In this document: positions 9,587-18,313 of the stretch, in pieces | Layout of the letters: each line of letters begins with the position of its first letter | How positions within the stretch are numbered: the first letter of the stretch is position 1 | Source of the DNA: an uncultured Alphaproteobacteria bacterium | GTDB taxonomy: Bacteria > Pseudomonadota > Alphaproteobacteria > HIMB59 > GCA-002718135 | Assembly (NCBI GenBank): GCA_902588745.1 | Contig: CACIQI010000002.1 | Span: 137,519 to 201,518, forward strand | Reading direction: 5' to 3' | Length of the DNA: 64,000 nucleotides | The notes under the pieces: model-generated | What the model was told of the DNA's origin: nothing | Seen by the model: the letters and a program-made list of their open reading frames with translations, nothing else | The model's database searches: none | Translations under genes and position numbers: made by a program

Positions 9587-9713
9587 TTAAAATACTTAAT
9601 TTTATATTTAGCTGATATATTTCTTATTATTAAGAAAAAATGCTTATAATTTGATATATGATGATTATTAATTAATAAGTATATTAATTATAGCAAATGA
9701 GTTAAATCGAATA

Positions 9714-10688
9714 TTAATTTTTTAATATCTCTAAATCGTTTACAACCATTTTTTCAATTATCTTTTCAACTCCAGTTTTAGGTTTCCATCCTATTTTTTT
9801 TTGTATTTTACTATAATCAGCAATCAACAATTCAACTTCTGCAGGTCTAAAATAAATCTTATTGATTTTTACGTATTTTTGATAATTTAAACCAACGATA
9901 TCAAAAGCATTTTCAACAAAGTATTTTATACTATATGTCTGACCTGTACCTACTACATAATCATCGGGTTTTTTCTGTTGAAGCATTAACCACATTGCTT
10001 GGATATATTCGGGAGCATAACCCCAATCTCGTTGAGCATCCAAATTTCCTAATTCTAGATATTTTTGCTTTTTAAGTTTTATCATTGCAACTGCTTGTGA
10101 TATTTTTCTAGTTACAAATTCAAATCCACGTCTCTCTGATTCATGATTAAATAGTATACCAGTGGATGTATGTAGACCGTAAGATTCTCTATAATTTCTT
10201 GTTAAATCAAATCCAGCTACTTTTGAAATACCATAAGGAGATCTTGGATGAAAAGGTGTATTTTCATTTTGTGGAATTTCTTTAACTTTACCAAACATTT
10301 CAGATGATCCAGCAAAGTAGAATTTACAATTGAGACCACTTTCTTTTATTGCGGAGAGACAATAATGTGTTGAAGATATATTTGATGATAAAGTAGAAAA
10401 TTCATCCTGAAAAGAATAGTCAACATAACTTTGTGCAGCTAGATGATAAAATTCATGTGGTTTTACTTTATTAAATATTTTGAAAATACTTGCATAACTC
10501 TCCATTGATCCAGAATGCAAATTAATTTTTTTTATTATTTTCTTAATTCTCCACAAACGATGATTTTGGTTTTCTAAAGCAACTCTTCTTACAATCCCAT
10601 GAACTTCATATCCTTTCTTAATCAAAAACTCTGCAAGGTAAGAACCATCTTGACCAGTTACACCAGTTATTAAGGCTCGTTTTTTCAT
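9714..10688 (-). CDS. gmd: GDP-mannose 4,6-dehydratase
   Basis: 324 aa with ALITGVTGQDGSYLAEFLIKKGYEVHG, ILFNHESERRG and RDWGYAPEY. Its start overlaps the folD stop (ATGA). Confidence 0.92.
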   Translation of the reverse strand: MKKRALITGVTGQDGSYLAEFLIKKGYEVHGIVRRVALENQNHRLWRIKKIIKKINLHSGSMESYASIFKIFNKVKPHEFYHLAAQSYVDYSFQDEFSTLSSNISSTHYCLSAIKESGLNCKFYFAGSSEMFGKVKEIPQNENTPFHPRSPYGISKVAGFDLTRNYRESYGLHTSTGILFNHESERRGFEFVTRKISQAVAMIKLKKQKYLELGNLDAQRDWGYAPEYIQAMWLMLQQKKPDDYVVGTGQTYSIKYFVENAFDIVGLNYQKYVKINKIYFRPAEVELLIADYSKIQKKIGWKPKTGVEKIIEKMVVNDLEILKN

Positions 10689-11578
10689 ATTTTATTTGAA
10701 TTTTTAAAAGCTATTGTTGTGTTTCTTAGTAAGCAAGCAATAGTCATCGGACCTACTCCTCCAGGAACTGGTGAGATTGCATATACAATATTTTCAACTT
10801 CACTAAAAAGAACATCACCTACCAATTTTGATTTTTCTTCATTTATCTTGATTCGATTTATACCCACATCGATAACAATAGCACCTTTCTTAACCCAATC
10901 CTTATTTACAAACTCAGGTTTACCAATTGCTGCTATTAAAATATCAGCTTTCTTACAAATACTTTCAATATTTATAGTTTTTGAATGAACTGTCGTAACA
11001 GTACAAGACTCTTTTAATAGTAATTGTGCCATAGGTTTTCCAACTATATTTGATCTTCCGATTACCACAGCATTTTTACCAGCTAAATTAATATTAAGTT
11101 CTCTTAGAAGTAACAGACAACCATAAGGAGTACATGGTATCATTAGACTTTCATCATTCTTTTGGTTTATTGAAAGTTTGCCAACATTTAAAGGATGAAA
11201 CCCGTCAGCATCTTTTTTAGGCTCTATACTATTTAAGACCACTTCTTCATTTATAGATTTGGGTAAAGGTAGTTGGACAAGAATACCATTAACATCATCA
11301 TTATTATTTAATTGATTAATTAAATTAATTAAATCATTTTGATTTATCGATTCTTCAAGGTGATGATCAATTACATTAATCCCGACTTCTTTTGCAGCTT
11401 TTGTTTTAGCTTTTACATATACACTACTTGCAGCAACATTTCCCACTTGTATAACTGCAAGTCCAGGTACAAGGTTACATTTTATCTTTATACCTTCAAT
11501 TTCAATTTTTAATTGATCTTTTAATTTTTGTGCTATTTTTTTTCCATCTAATATATGTGGCATATTTATCTGGGCCAA
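10685..11578 (-). CDS. folD: Bifunctional methylenetetrahydrofolate dehydrogenase (NADP+)/methenyl-THF cyclohydrolase
   Basis: 297 aa with ILDGKKIAQ, VGNVAASSVYVKAK, ILVQLPLP, GRSNIVGKPMAQLLL and PVPGGVGPMT. Confidence 0.95.
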   Translation of the reverse strand: MAQINMPHILDGKKIAQKLKDQLKIEIEGIKIKCNLVPGLAVIQVGNVAASSVYVKAKTKAAKEVGINVIDHHLEESINQNDLINLINQLNNNDDVNGILVQLPLPKSINEEVVLNSIEPKKDADGFHPLNVGKLSINQKNDESLMIPCTPYGCLLLLRELNINLAGKNAVVIGRSNIVGKPMAQLLLKESCTVTTVHSKTINIESICKKADILIAAIGKPEFVNKDWVKKGAIVIDVGINRIKINEEKSKLVGDVLFSEVENIVYAISPVPGGVGPMTIACLLRNTTIAFKNSNKI

Positions 11579-11847
11579 TATTCAATTAGTAAACTTTTTA
11601 TAAACCACAAACCAAGATAAACAACTATCGGAGATAAATCTATTGCACCAAAAGTAGGTAAGTATCTTCTTACAAAATTTAAACTTGGCTCACATAATCG
11701 ATATAAAGTATCAAGGATGCTATAAACAAATCGATTACCAGTATTAATTATATTAAAGTTTACAAGCCAAGTTAGAATTATATAAATTATAAGAACAAAC
11801 TGAAATAAGTTTATAACTTGAATAATTAAATACAAAAGCGAGTTCAT
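11566..11847 (-). CDS. yggT: YggT family membrane protein
   Basis: 93 aa with two TM segments and a YggT-like pattern (ILTWL..FN......N.F...L...T.P.L...R..LP..G.IDLSP). Confidence 0.8.
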   Translation of the reverse strand: MNSLLYLIIQVINLFQFVLIIYIILTWLVNFNIINTGNRFVYSILDTLYRLCEPSLNFVRRYLPTFGAIDLSPIVVYLGLWFIKSLLIEYWPR

Positions 11848-11896
11848 TATAAGTTTTTATTTAATTTCTATTATGCATTATGGCTGTAATTTAATC

Positions 11897-11930
11897 AAAA
11901 AAAAAGCGGTCTATAAGACCGCTTTTATTA
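11897..11930 (-). terminator. Rho-independent terminator downstream of the substrate-binding protein gene
   Basis: On the minus strand, the GC-containing hairpin AAAGCGGTC-TTATA-GACCGCTTT is followed by a run of 9 T. It lies 15-50 nt after the stop at 11945. Confidence 0.8.
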
Positions 11931-11944
11931 AAATAAAATTTAAT

Positions 11945-12778
11945 TTACATTGAGATATCTCTACCAAACCACTCTTTAGTTATTTCAGCAGTAGTTCCAT
12001 CTTTAGACATTTCTGCAATTGCAGCATTCCACATCTCTAAGATATCAGTATCTTCTTTTCTAAGTGCTCCACCAACACCATCACCGAAGACACCGCCAGA
12101 AAAAGTTGGGCCAGTAAATGCAACATCAACACCACCATCAGATTCCATAAAATCAATAATTGATCCTACATCAGCTAGAACAGCATCACATCTTCCAGCA
12201 GCTAAATCTAAATTGTGATCGTCAACTGCTTGATACAGTTTAACTTCAACAGCACCTGACATGTGTTTTTCTAAGAAATTTTGGTGAATTGTTGAAGATT
12301 GAACACAAACAGTTTTACCATCCATTGCAGCAATTAATTGACCTATTGCAGCTTGTTCTTTTCCACCTGCATTATTAAGATTAACTTTGGCCATACCTGC
12401 AATATTTAAATTTGCTAAACCACTATTTTTTAAAACAGCAAATCTTGCACCATCAGTCATATATCCATTAGTAAAATTAACTTTTTCTTTTCTTTCTTCA
12501 GTAATAGACATTCCAGCAATAATAATGTCATATTTACCTTGTAGAAGAGCAGGTATTATACCATCCCAATCCTGAGTTACCCATTCACAAGTAACTCCCA
12601 TGCGCTTACAAGCTTCATTGCCAAAATCTATTTCGGCACCTTCTAGCTCACCTGCAGAATTAAGATTATTCCACGGTGGGTAAGCACCTTCTGTACCAAT
12701 TCTTATTGTTTGTGAATTTGCAATTGAAGCAACTCCAAAAACACCAATTGATAATAAGTATATTAAAATTTTTTTCAC
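11945..12778 (-). CDS. ABC transporter periplasmic substrate-binding protein, family 3 (polar amino acid / opine type)
   Basis: 277 aa with a signal peptide, IRIGTEGAYPPWN, GAEIDFGNE, W..IIPALLQGKYDIIIAGMSIT.ER and ITKEWFG. GTG start preceded by AAGGAGGAAAC. Confidence 0.9.
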   Translation of the reverse strand: MKKILIYLLSIGVFGVASIANSQTIRIGTEGAYPPWNNLNSAGELEGAEIDFGNEACKRMGVTCEWVTQDWDGIIPALLQGKYDIIIAGMSITEERKEKVNFTNGYMTDGARFAVLKNSGLANLNIAGMAKVNLNNAGGKEQAAIGQLIAAMDGKTVCVQSSTIHQNFLEKHMSGAVEVKLYQAVDDHNLDLAAGRCDAVLADVGSIIDFMESDGGVDVAFTGPTFSGGVFGDGVGGALRKEDTDILEMWNAAIAEMSKDGTTAEITKEWFGRDISM

Positions 12779-12855
12779 GTTTCCTCCTTGAAGAAGTATT
12801 TCTAAATTATAGAGGAACCATATAAGCTAAATAAAAAAAAACAAAATAAATTGTT

Positions 12856-13242
12856 TCAGACCTTGTTTCGTTTGCTCTTAATTAATACAAAAAATAAGCC
12901 AATTATTAGTAATATAAAAGGAAAACTCCAAAGAAAGATATTATTATAATTCATTAATGGTCTAAAAAGAATGTACTCACCATATCTTTCAACTAAAAAT
13001 TTCTTAATATCTCGCTCACTTTCTCCAGCTTTCAACTTATTTTTAACTATTTTTTTAATATCATTTGAGAATTCTGCATCTGAGTCATAAATGCTTTGAT
13101 TTTGACACGTCATGCAACGTAATTCTAAGGTTAATTCTTTTACTCTCTCATCAATATTTTCAATTGCACATATTTTAAAAGTAAAAAATACAAAACTTAA
13201 TATTATTATATGTAAAAAATTATAAAAGTGGCTCAATTTCAT
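12856..13242 (-). CDS. ccmH: Cytochrome c-type biogenesis protein CcmH
   Basis: 128 aa with a signal sequence, the LRCMTCQNQSIYDSDA motif (CxxC) and a C-terminal TM segment. Confidence 0.9.
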   Translation of the reverse strand: MKLSHFYNFLHIIILSFVFFTFKICAIENIDERVKELTLELRCMTCQNQSIYDSDAEFSNDIKKIVKNKLKAGESERDIKKFLVERYGEYILFRPLMNYNNIFLWSFPFILLIIGLFFVLIKSKRNKV

Positions 13243-13744
13243 TTTTTAAAATATCCATTGTTATTGGACCCATAAATTTATAGATAATCTTACCATCCTC
13301 ATTAATTAAATATGTTTCTGGTAGACCAAAAACACCAAATTCTAATGCAATTAAACCATCAGAGTCTACACCAACAAAATCGTATGGGTTTCCATCATCC
13401 TTCAAATATTTTTTTGCATCAGAAGTTGGGTCTTTGTGGTTAAATCCCAACAAATATAGTTCAGGATATTTTTTACGTATTTCAAAAAAAAGTGGATGCT
13501 CTATTTTACAAGGACTACACCAAGAAGCAAAAAAATTAATTAAGGTCTTCTTATTTTTTATATCTTTTGTTTTAATAATATCCTTTGCATTGTACAAAGA
13601 ACTACTTTCAAAAATAGGAACATCTTTATTTAAGAGTGCGCTCGGTGGTTTATTAGGATCTTTGCCACTTAATAAATAAACTAGTGAAAAAATACATATG
13701 ATTGAAAGTACTATTAATGGTGTTAAAATAAAAATCCTATTCAT
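13220..13744 (-). CDS. ccmG: Thiol:disulfide interchange protein CcmG/DsbE
   Basis: 174 aa with an N-terminal anchor, the WCSPC thioredoxin motif and GVFGLPETYLI. Confidence 0.92.
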   Translation of the reverse strand: MNRIFILTPLIVLSIICIFSLVYLLSGKDPNKPPSALLNKDVPIFESSSLYNAKDIIKTKDIKNKKTLINFFASWCSPCKIEHPLFFEIRKKYPELYLLGFNHKDPTSDAKKYLKDDGNPYDFVGVDSDGLIALEFGVFGLPETYLINEDGKIIYKFMGPITMDILKNEIEPLL

Positions 13745-15603
13745 CTTCTAGAAACTGCTATTAAACCTGAATACATCATTATTATCACTCCAAGCCATAT
13801 AAAGCTAACAAATGGATTAATTAAAACTTTTACAAACCACTCATTATTTTTTTGATCACCAAGGATAAAATATATATCCTTATTCCACTGATGTAAAATA
13901 CCAGCTTCAGATGTAACCATCTTTGACACTGGATAATAATTTTTTCCAGCTTCTATTTCTTTTGATTGATTTTTTTCAATATCAAACAAAAATTTTCCTC
14001 TTAAAGATTGAAAATTAATTTCATTAGTTGTTTCTATTTTTTCAAACAAAACTGTTTTTCCATTTACATTAAACTTATCTCCCTCATTAAGGTTAAAATC
14101 TAGCTCATTTTGAAAAACACTAGAACAAGTGATACCAATTATAGCAATACCAACACCAATATGCGCTACATGAGGATTAATTATTTTGAAAAATTTAATG
14201 TTAACTTTAATTTTATAAGAAGAAAATATAGCAATAATTGAAGCCAATATTATCCAAAAACCTAAAAGTAACCCAACAAAACCCCATGTATTAAAATCCA
14301 AAAAATATGATTGAAGTATAACTAAAACACTTAAGATAATAAAAGCTAGAACATATTTTTTTGAATTATTTATCTTATTTGTTTGCCAGGATAAAATTGG
14401 TGCAATACTCATTAATAAAAAACCAGGGATCATAATAGGAATTACTGTTGAATTAAAATAAGGGCCTCCAACCGATATTCTCTTATTATACAAAACTTCA
14501 ATAATTATTGGGTATATAGTTCCTAGAAGAATAGTTAAGGTAGCTATAATCATTAAAATATTATTTATTACAAGTGCTGAAACCTTATTGATAAATAACA
14601 AGTTCAAAGCATTTGATTTTTTTGGTTCTTTTAATAAAAAAACTAAAAAACCAAATCCAGTTACAATAAAAAAAATTAGTAATATAAATATACCTCTGGA
14701 TGCATCTGCTGCAAATGAATGTACGCTTGTTAAGATTCCAGATCTTACCAAAAATGTTCCAAAAACACTTAATGAAAAGCAAAGAATTGATAAAAAAACT
14801 ATCCATTTTTTAATAGCTTGCTCACCTCTTACCATCATCAGAGAATGAACTAATGCAAGCCCCGCAATCCAAGGCATGAGTGAAATATTTTCGACCGGAT
14901 CCCAAAACCACCAACCACCCCATCCTAATTCATAATATGCCCAATATGAACCCAGAGCTATTCCACCAGTTAAAAAAGTCCAACTAATTAATGACCATTT
15001 TTTAGCAACATAGAGCCATTCATCATCTGTATTTTGAAATAAACCAGCTATTGCAATACTGAAAACTATAGAATAACCAACATAACCTGCATATAAAATT
15101 GGAGGATGAACAGCCAACCCAGGATCTTGTAAAATAGGATTTAAACCTAAGCCCTCATTTACTAATATTGAATTAACTAGAAAAGGATTAGAGGTAAAAA
15201 CTATAAATAGACCAAATAAAATATGAAGAAAAGCTTGAATAATCAAGGTTAATTTTTGAAAGTTATCTTCTATATTTTTAGTAAAAGAAAAAAAGAAGCT
15301 AAAGATAGATAATATACAAAGCCACAGCAGCATTGAACCTTCATGATTTCCCCAAGTACCTGAAATTTTATATATTAACGGTTTATTTGAGTGAGAGTTT
15401 TGAAAGACATTATAATTTGAGAAATCAGATACCACATAGGCATACATCAATGAAAAAAAAGATAACAAAGTTAATAAGGATGAAAAGCGGATGAATAAAT
15501 TAAATTTCTGTTTTTGAAATTTAAATATGTATCTAGATAAAAATAAGTAAAAATTAATACCTATGGCAAAAACTAAGCTTAAAAAACCAACTAATGAACT
15601 CAT
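13741..15603 (-). CDS. ccmF: Cytochrome c heme lyase subunit CcmF
   Basis: 620 aa, polytopic, with the WGGWWFWDPVEN tryptophan-rich motif. Confidence 0.95.
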   Translation of the reverse strand: MSSLVGFLSLVFAIGINFYLFLSRYIFKFQKQKFNLFIRFSSLLTLLSFFSLMYAYVVSDFSNYNVFQNSHSNKPLIYKISGTWGNHEGSMLLWLCILSIFSFFFSFTKNIEDNFQKLTLIIQAFLHILFGLFIVFTSNPFLVNSILVNEGLGLNPILQDPGLAVHPPILYAGYVGYSIVFSIAIAGLFQNTDDEWLYVAKKWSLISWTFLTGGIALGSYWAYYELGWGGWWFWDPVENISLMPWIAGLALVHSLMMVRGEQAIKKWIVFLSILCFSLSVFGTFLVRSGILTSVHSFAADASRGIFILLIFFIVTGFGFLVFLLKEPKKSNALNLLFINKVSALVINNILMIIATLTILLGTIYPIIIEVLYNKRISVGGPYFNSTVIPIMIPGFLLMSIAPILSWQTNKINNSKKYVLAFIILSVLVILQSYFLDFNTWGFVGLLLGFWIILASIIAIFSSYKIKVNIKFFKIINPHVAHIGVGIAIIGITCSSVFQNELDFNLNEGDKFNVNGKTVLFEKIETTNEINFQSLRGKFLFDIEKNQSKEIEAGKNYYPVSKMVTSEAGILHQWNKDIYFILGDQKNNEWFVKVLINPFVSFIWLGVIIMMYSGLIAVSRR

Positions 15604-16040
15604 TTATATTTTTTATTCCAATAACCTGTATCTTTCAGATCTTCTTTTATTGATGCTGGCATATAATTTTCATCATGTTTTGCAAAAACATTAGTTGCAT
15701 TAAAAACTTCATTATTAACAAAAGCACCCTCTATCACTGCACCTTGCCCTTCTCTAAATAAATCAGGAAGAATGCCTTTGAAAGTAACAAGTATAGATGC
15801 TTTTTCATCAGTGATTTTAAATTTAAATGAACTTGAAGAAATTTTATTAAAACTATTATTTTCTACAAAACCACCTATTCTTATTATTTTATTTATCATT
15901 ATATCTGATTTATCAATTTCAGATGGTGTATAAAAATACGACACATTTTCTCTTGTATTGTATAAAATAAGTAGGACTGCACTTAGTATAATTACCAAAG
16001 TAAGCAATATAAATAGCAATCTTTGAAATCGTAGACTCAT
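15600..16040 (-). CDS. ccmE: Heme chaperone CcmE
   Basis: 146 aa with an N-terminal anchor and a C-terminal FAKHDENYMP heme-binding His motif. Confidence 0.93.
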   Translation of the reverse strand: MSLRFQRLLFILLTLVIILSAVLLILYNTRENVSYFYTPSEIDKSDIMINKIIRIGGFVENNSFNKISSSSFKFKITDEKASILVTFKGILPDLFREGQGAVIEGAFVNNEVFNATNVFAKHDENYMPASIKEDLKDTGYWNKKYK

Positions 16041-16141
16041 TTATTTTTTATTCTTTTAAATTTTAAGTGACTAAAAAGTAATAATAAAAAAATCAAAAGA
16101 AAGGCAGTAATATATGATCCTAAAATATACCAAAAATACAT
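16037..16141 (-). CDS. ccmD: Heme exporter protein CcmD (34 aa; below the ORF-track cutoff)
   Basis: Hand-translated as MYFWYILGSYITAFLLIFLLLLFSHLKFKRIKNK: a single TM segment followed by a basic tail. It sits in the canonical slot between ccmC and ccmE, and its TGA overlaps the ccmE ATG (ATGA). Confidence 0.7.
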   Translation of the reverse strand: MYFWYILGSYITAFLLIFLLLLFSHLKFKRIKNK

Positions 16142-16202
16142 AGTTGCTAATAACAAAAATACTTAGGAATGATACTTAATCCAATGGACTAAAAGTCACA
16201 AA

Positions 16203-16901
16203 TTAACTTAAATAAGATTTTCTTGAAATTATCTCTGTTTTTATTCTTAAAATGGCTATTGCTATTCCAATCATCATAAATGCAAATGTCATAATAATTA
16301 AAGGCGTCATCATTGAAGGATCAATACTGGGTTTTGACAATTTACTTATTGTTGCTGGTTGATGCAGTGTATTCCACCAATCCACAGAAAATTTAACTAT
16401 TGGCAGATTTACTGATCCAACGAGTATAAATATTGCAACAACTTTTTCTCTTACAACTCTATTTTCAAAAGAAAAATTCATAAAAATAATAATTAGATAA
16501 ATAATAAAAAGTATTGCAACAGAAGTTAAACGTGCATCCCATACCCACCATGTACCCCACATTGGTTTTCCCCATAATGATCCACTTACTATGCATATTA
16601 ATGTAAAAACTGCACCTATTGGAGCTACTGCCGTATTAAAAATAAAACCAAAGGGTATTCTAAAAGCAAGTGCGACAATGCTATAAAGAGTCATAATTCC
16701 ATAAGTTAGTAAAGATAACCATGCACTTGGAACATGTACATACATTATTCTTACAGTTGATCCTTGTTGATAATCATCTGGTGATAGATAAAGAGCAAAC
16801 AATAATCCTAAGGCAAATAATACGATAGATAAGATCAGTATTGGTTTAAATATATAATCAGCTATTTCATTAAATTTACTTGGATTAACTAAGAAATTCA
16901 T
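16203..16901 (-). CDS. ccmC: Heme exporter protein CcmC
   Basis: 232 aa with the WGKPMWGTWWVWDARLTS (WGxxWxWD) motif. Confidence 0.95.
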   Translation of the reverse strand: MNFLVNPSKFNEIADYIFKPILILSIVLFALGLLFALYLSPDDYQQGSTVRIMYVHVPSAWLSLLTYGIMTLYSIVALAFRIPFGFIFNTAVAPIGAVFTLICIVSGSLWGKPMWGTWWVWDARLTSVAILFIIYLIIIFMNFSFENRVVREKVVAIFILVGSVNLPIVKFSVDWWNTLHQPATISKLSKPSIDPSMMTPLIIMTFAFMMIGIAIAILRIKTEIISRKSYLS

Positions 16902-16902
16902 A

Positions 16903-17574
16903 CTAATTATTCTCCAATGAAAGTTTAAGACACAATCCGCTTGCCCAGGGATTTATAGCAAAAACTATTAATAATATTCCAAATAATATATTTGTAAGTG
17001 AATAAAAGTTCTCTTCTAAATTTATTATACCTACTGAAAAAATAATTATCGGGACACTAAATATCATAACTATGACGCTGCCCAGTAGATAGTTTCGTTG
17101 ATTCATAAGATTCATTGATGACGAAATAGATCCTAGGCAGGATAAAATTAATGATCCTATGGTAAAACTTGTAAATACGTAGATAAGTTTCTCATTTGAA
17201 ATATTTAGCAATATACATGCAATAGGTATTGATAATAAGAAAGGTATTTGTACAAAAATAAAATGTGATAATGTTTTTAAAATAGCAATAAAACCATAAC
17301 TAAAACCATTTAAATGTATAATTAATAAATTACCATTTTCAAAATCATCTTGATAAAACTTTCTTAGAGATAAAGTTGAACTTAATAATAATAATGTCCA
17401 TAATATACCGATTCCTATGAGAGAAATAGTTTCCTTATCTGGTCCAATAGAGAAAATAAATATAAATATTGATACAAAAAAGAAAATAATATTTGTTAAA
17501 ATATCTTGAACACCACTTAGATTTAATTTGTACTCTCTATAAAAAAAGAAAGTTATTTTAGTTAAAAATTTCAT
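16903..17574 (-). CDS. ccmB: Heme exporter membrane protein CcmB
   Basis: 223 aa, polytopic, positioned between ccmA and ccmC. Confidence 0.88.
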   Translation of the reverse strand: MKFLTKITFFFYREYKLNLSGVQDILTNIIFFFVSIFIFIFSIGPDKETISLIGIGILWTLLLLSSTLSLRKFYQDDFENGNLLIIHLNGFSYGFIAILKTLSHFIFVQIPFLLSIPIACILLNISNEKLIYVFTSFTIGSLILSCLGSISSSMNLMNQRNYLLGSVIVMIFSVPIIIFSVGIINLEENFYSLTNILFGILLIVFAINPWASGLCLKLSLENN

Positions 17575-17579
17575 TATTT

Positions 17580-18185
17580 TTATAAGTTAATTTCTTCTGT
17601 AACATAAATTCCTGGATTTTGATGTGAGCTAAATATTATAGAGCCTTCCTTAGCCACATGATCTTCAAAAGTTTGTTTGATTAATTCAATTGAATATTCA
17701 TCTAAATTTGAAAGAGGTTCATCTAAGAACCAAACCTTTTTATTTTCTATTATTAATCTTAAAAATTCTAATTTTTTAATTTCACCAAAAGATAATGTTC
17801 CAACCTTTTGATTTAAATGATCTTCTAATTTTAAGGTTTTTAAAGCAGTTTCAATTTGAGAATTATTTATATTTGATAAAAAAATTTTACTCCAAATACT
17901 AATATTATCTTTAACAGTTAATTTTGTTAAACTAGAAGTTTTATCAGCAATATATGTAATATGACTATAAAAATCATATAAATTTTTTTTTAATAATTTC
18001 CCTTTCCAATATATTGATCCAACAGATGGTTCAATTATATTTAATATTGTTTTCAGTAAGGTAGTTTTGCCAGAACCATTTTTACCTTTTAATATAGTAA
18101 TATTCCCGGAGGTTAGAGATAAGTTAATATTTTCAAATATTTTTTTATTTAGTCTCTCTACAGATAAATCTTTAACAATTATCAT
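17580..18185 (-). CDS. ccmA: Heme exporter ATP-binding protein CcmA
   Basis: 201 aa with Walker A GKNGSGKTTLLK, signature LSFGEIKK and Walker B WFLDEP. Confidence 0.9.
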   Translation of the reverse strand: MIIVKDLSVERLNKKIFENINLSLTSGNITILKGKNGSGKTTLLKTILNIIEPSVGSIYWKGKLLKKNLYDFYSHITYIADKTSSLTKLTVKDNISIWSKIFLSNINNSQIETALKTLKLEDHLNQKVGTLSFGEIKKLEFLRLIIENKKVWFLDEPLSNLDEYSIELIKQTFEDHVAKEGSIIFSSHQNPGIYVTEEINL

Positions 18186-18218
18186 TATTAAGATCTAATT
18201 ACTTTTTGATTTAAAACA

Positions 18219-18253
18219 ATAAAAAAACGGGGTAAAACCCCGTTTTATTTTTT
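18219..18253 (-). terminator. Rho-independent terminator (bidirectional-looking hairpin), second of two after the Lys-rich gene
   Basis: The hairpin ACGGGGT-AAA-ACCCCGT (18227-18243) is flanked by A7 on one side and TTTTATTTTTT on the other, so a U-tract follows the hairpin on either strand. Confidence 0.8.
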
Positions 18254-18294
18254 GGAAAAAGATAAGAAAAAGAAAACTTTAAATTAAAGTTTTC
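18252..18294 (-). terminator. Rho-independent terminator immediately after the Lys-rich gene stop
   Basis: A perfect 10-bp palindromic stem GAAAACTTTA / TAAAGTTTTC (18272-18294) has a 3-nt loop. On the minus strand it is followed by TTTTTCTTATCTTTTTCC. Confidence 0.6.
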
Positions 18295-18313
18295 TTGAAA
18301 AATTGAAGTTTTT

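Noticed and set aside
9621-9636. An AT-only hairpin TTCTTA-ttat-TAAGAA in the convergent GT9-like/gmd spacer, as a terminator.
   Set aside because: The stem is six bp, mostly A-U, with no adjacent U-tract on either strand. This is too weak to call.
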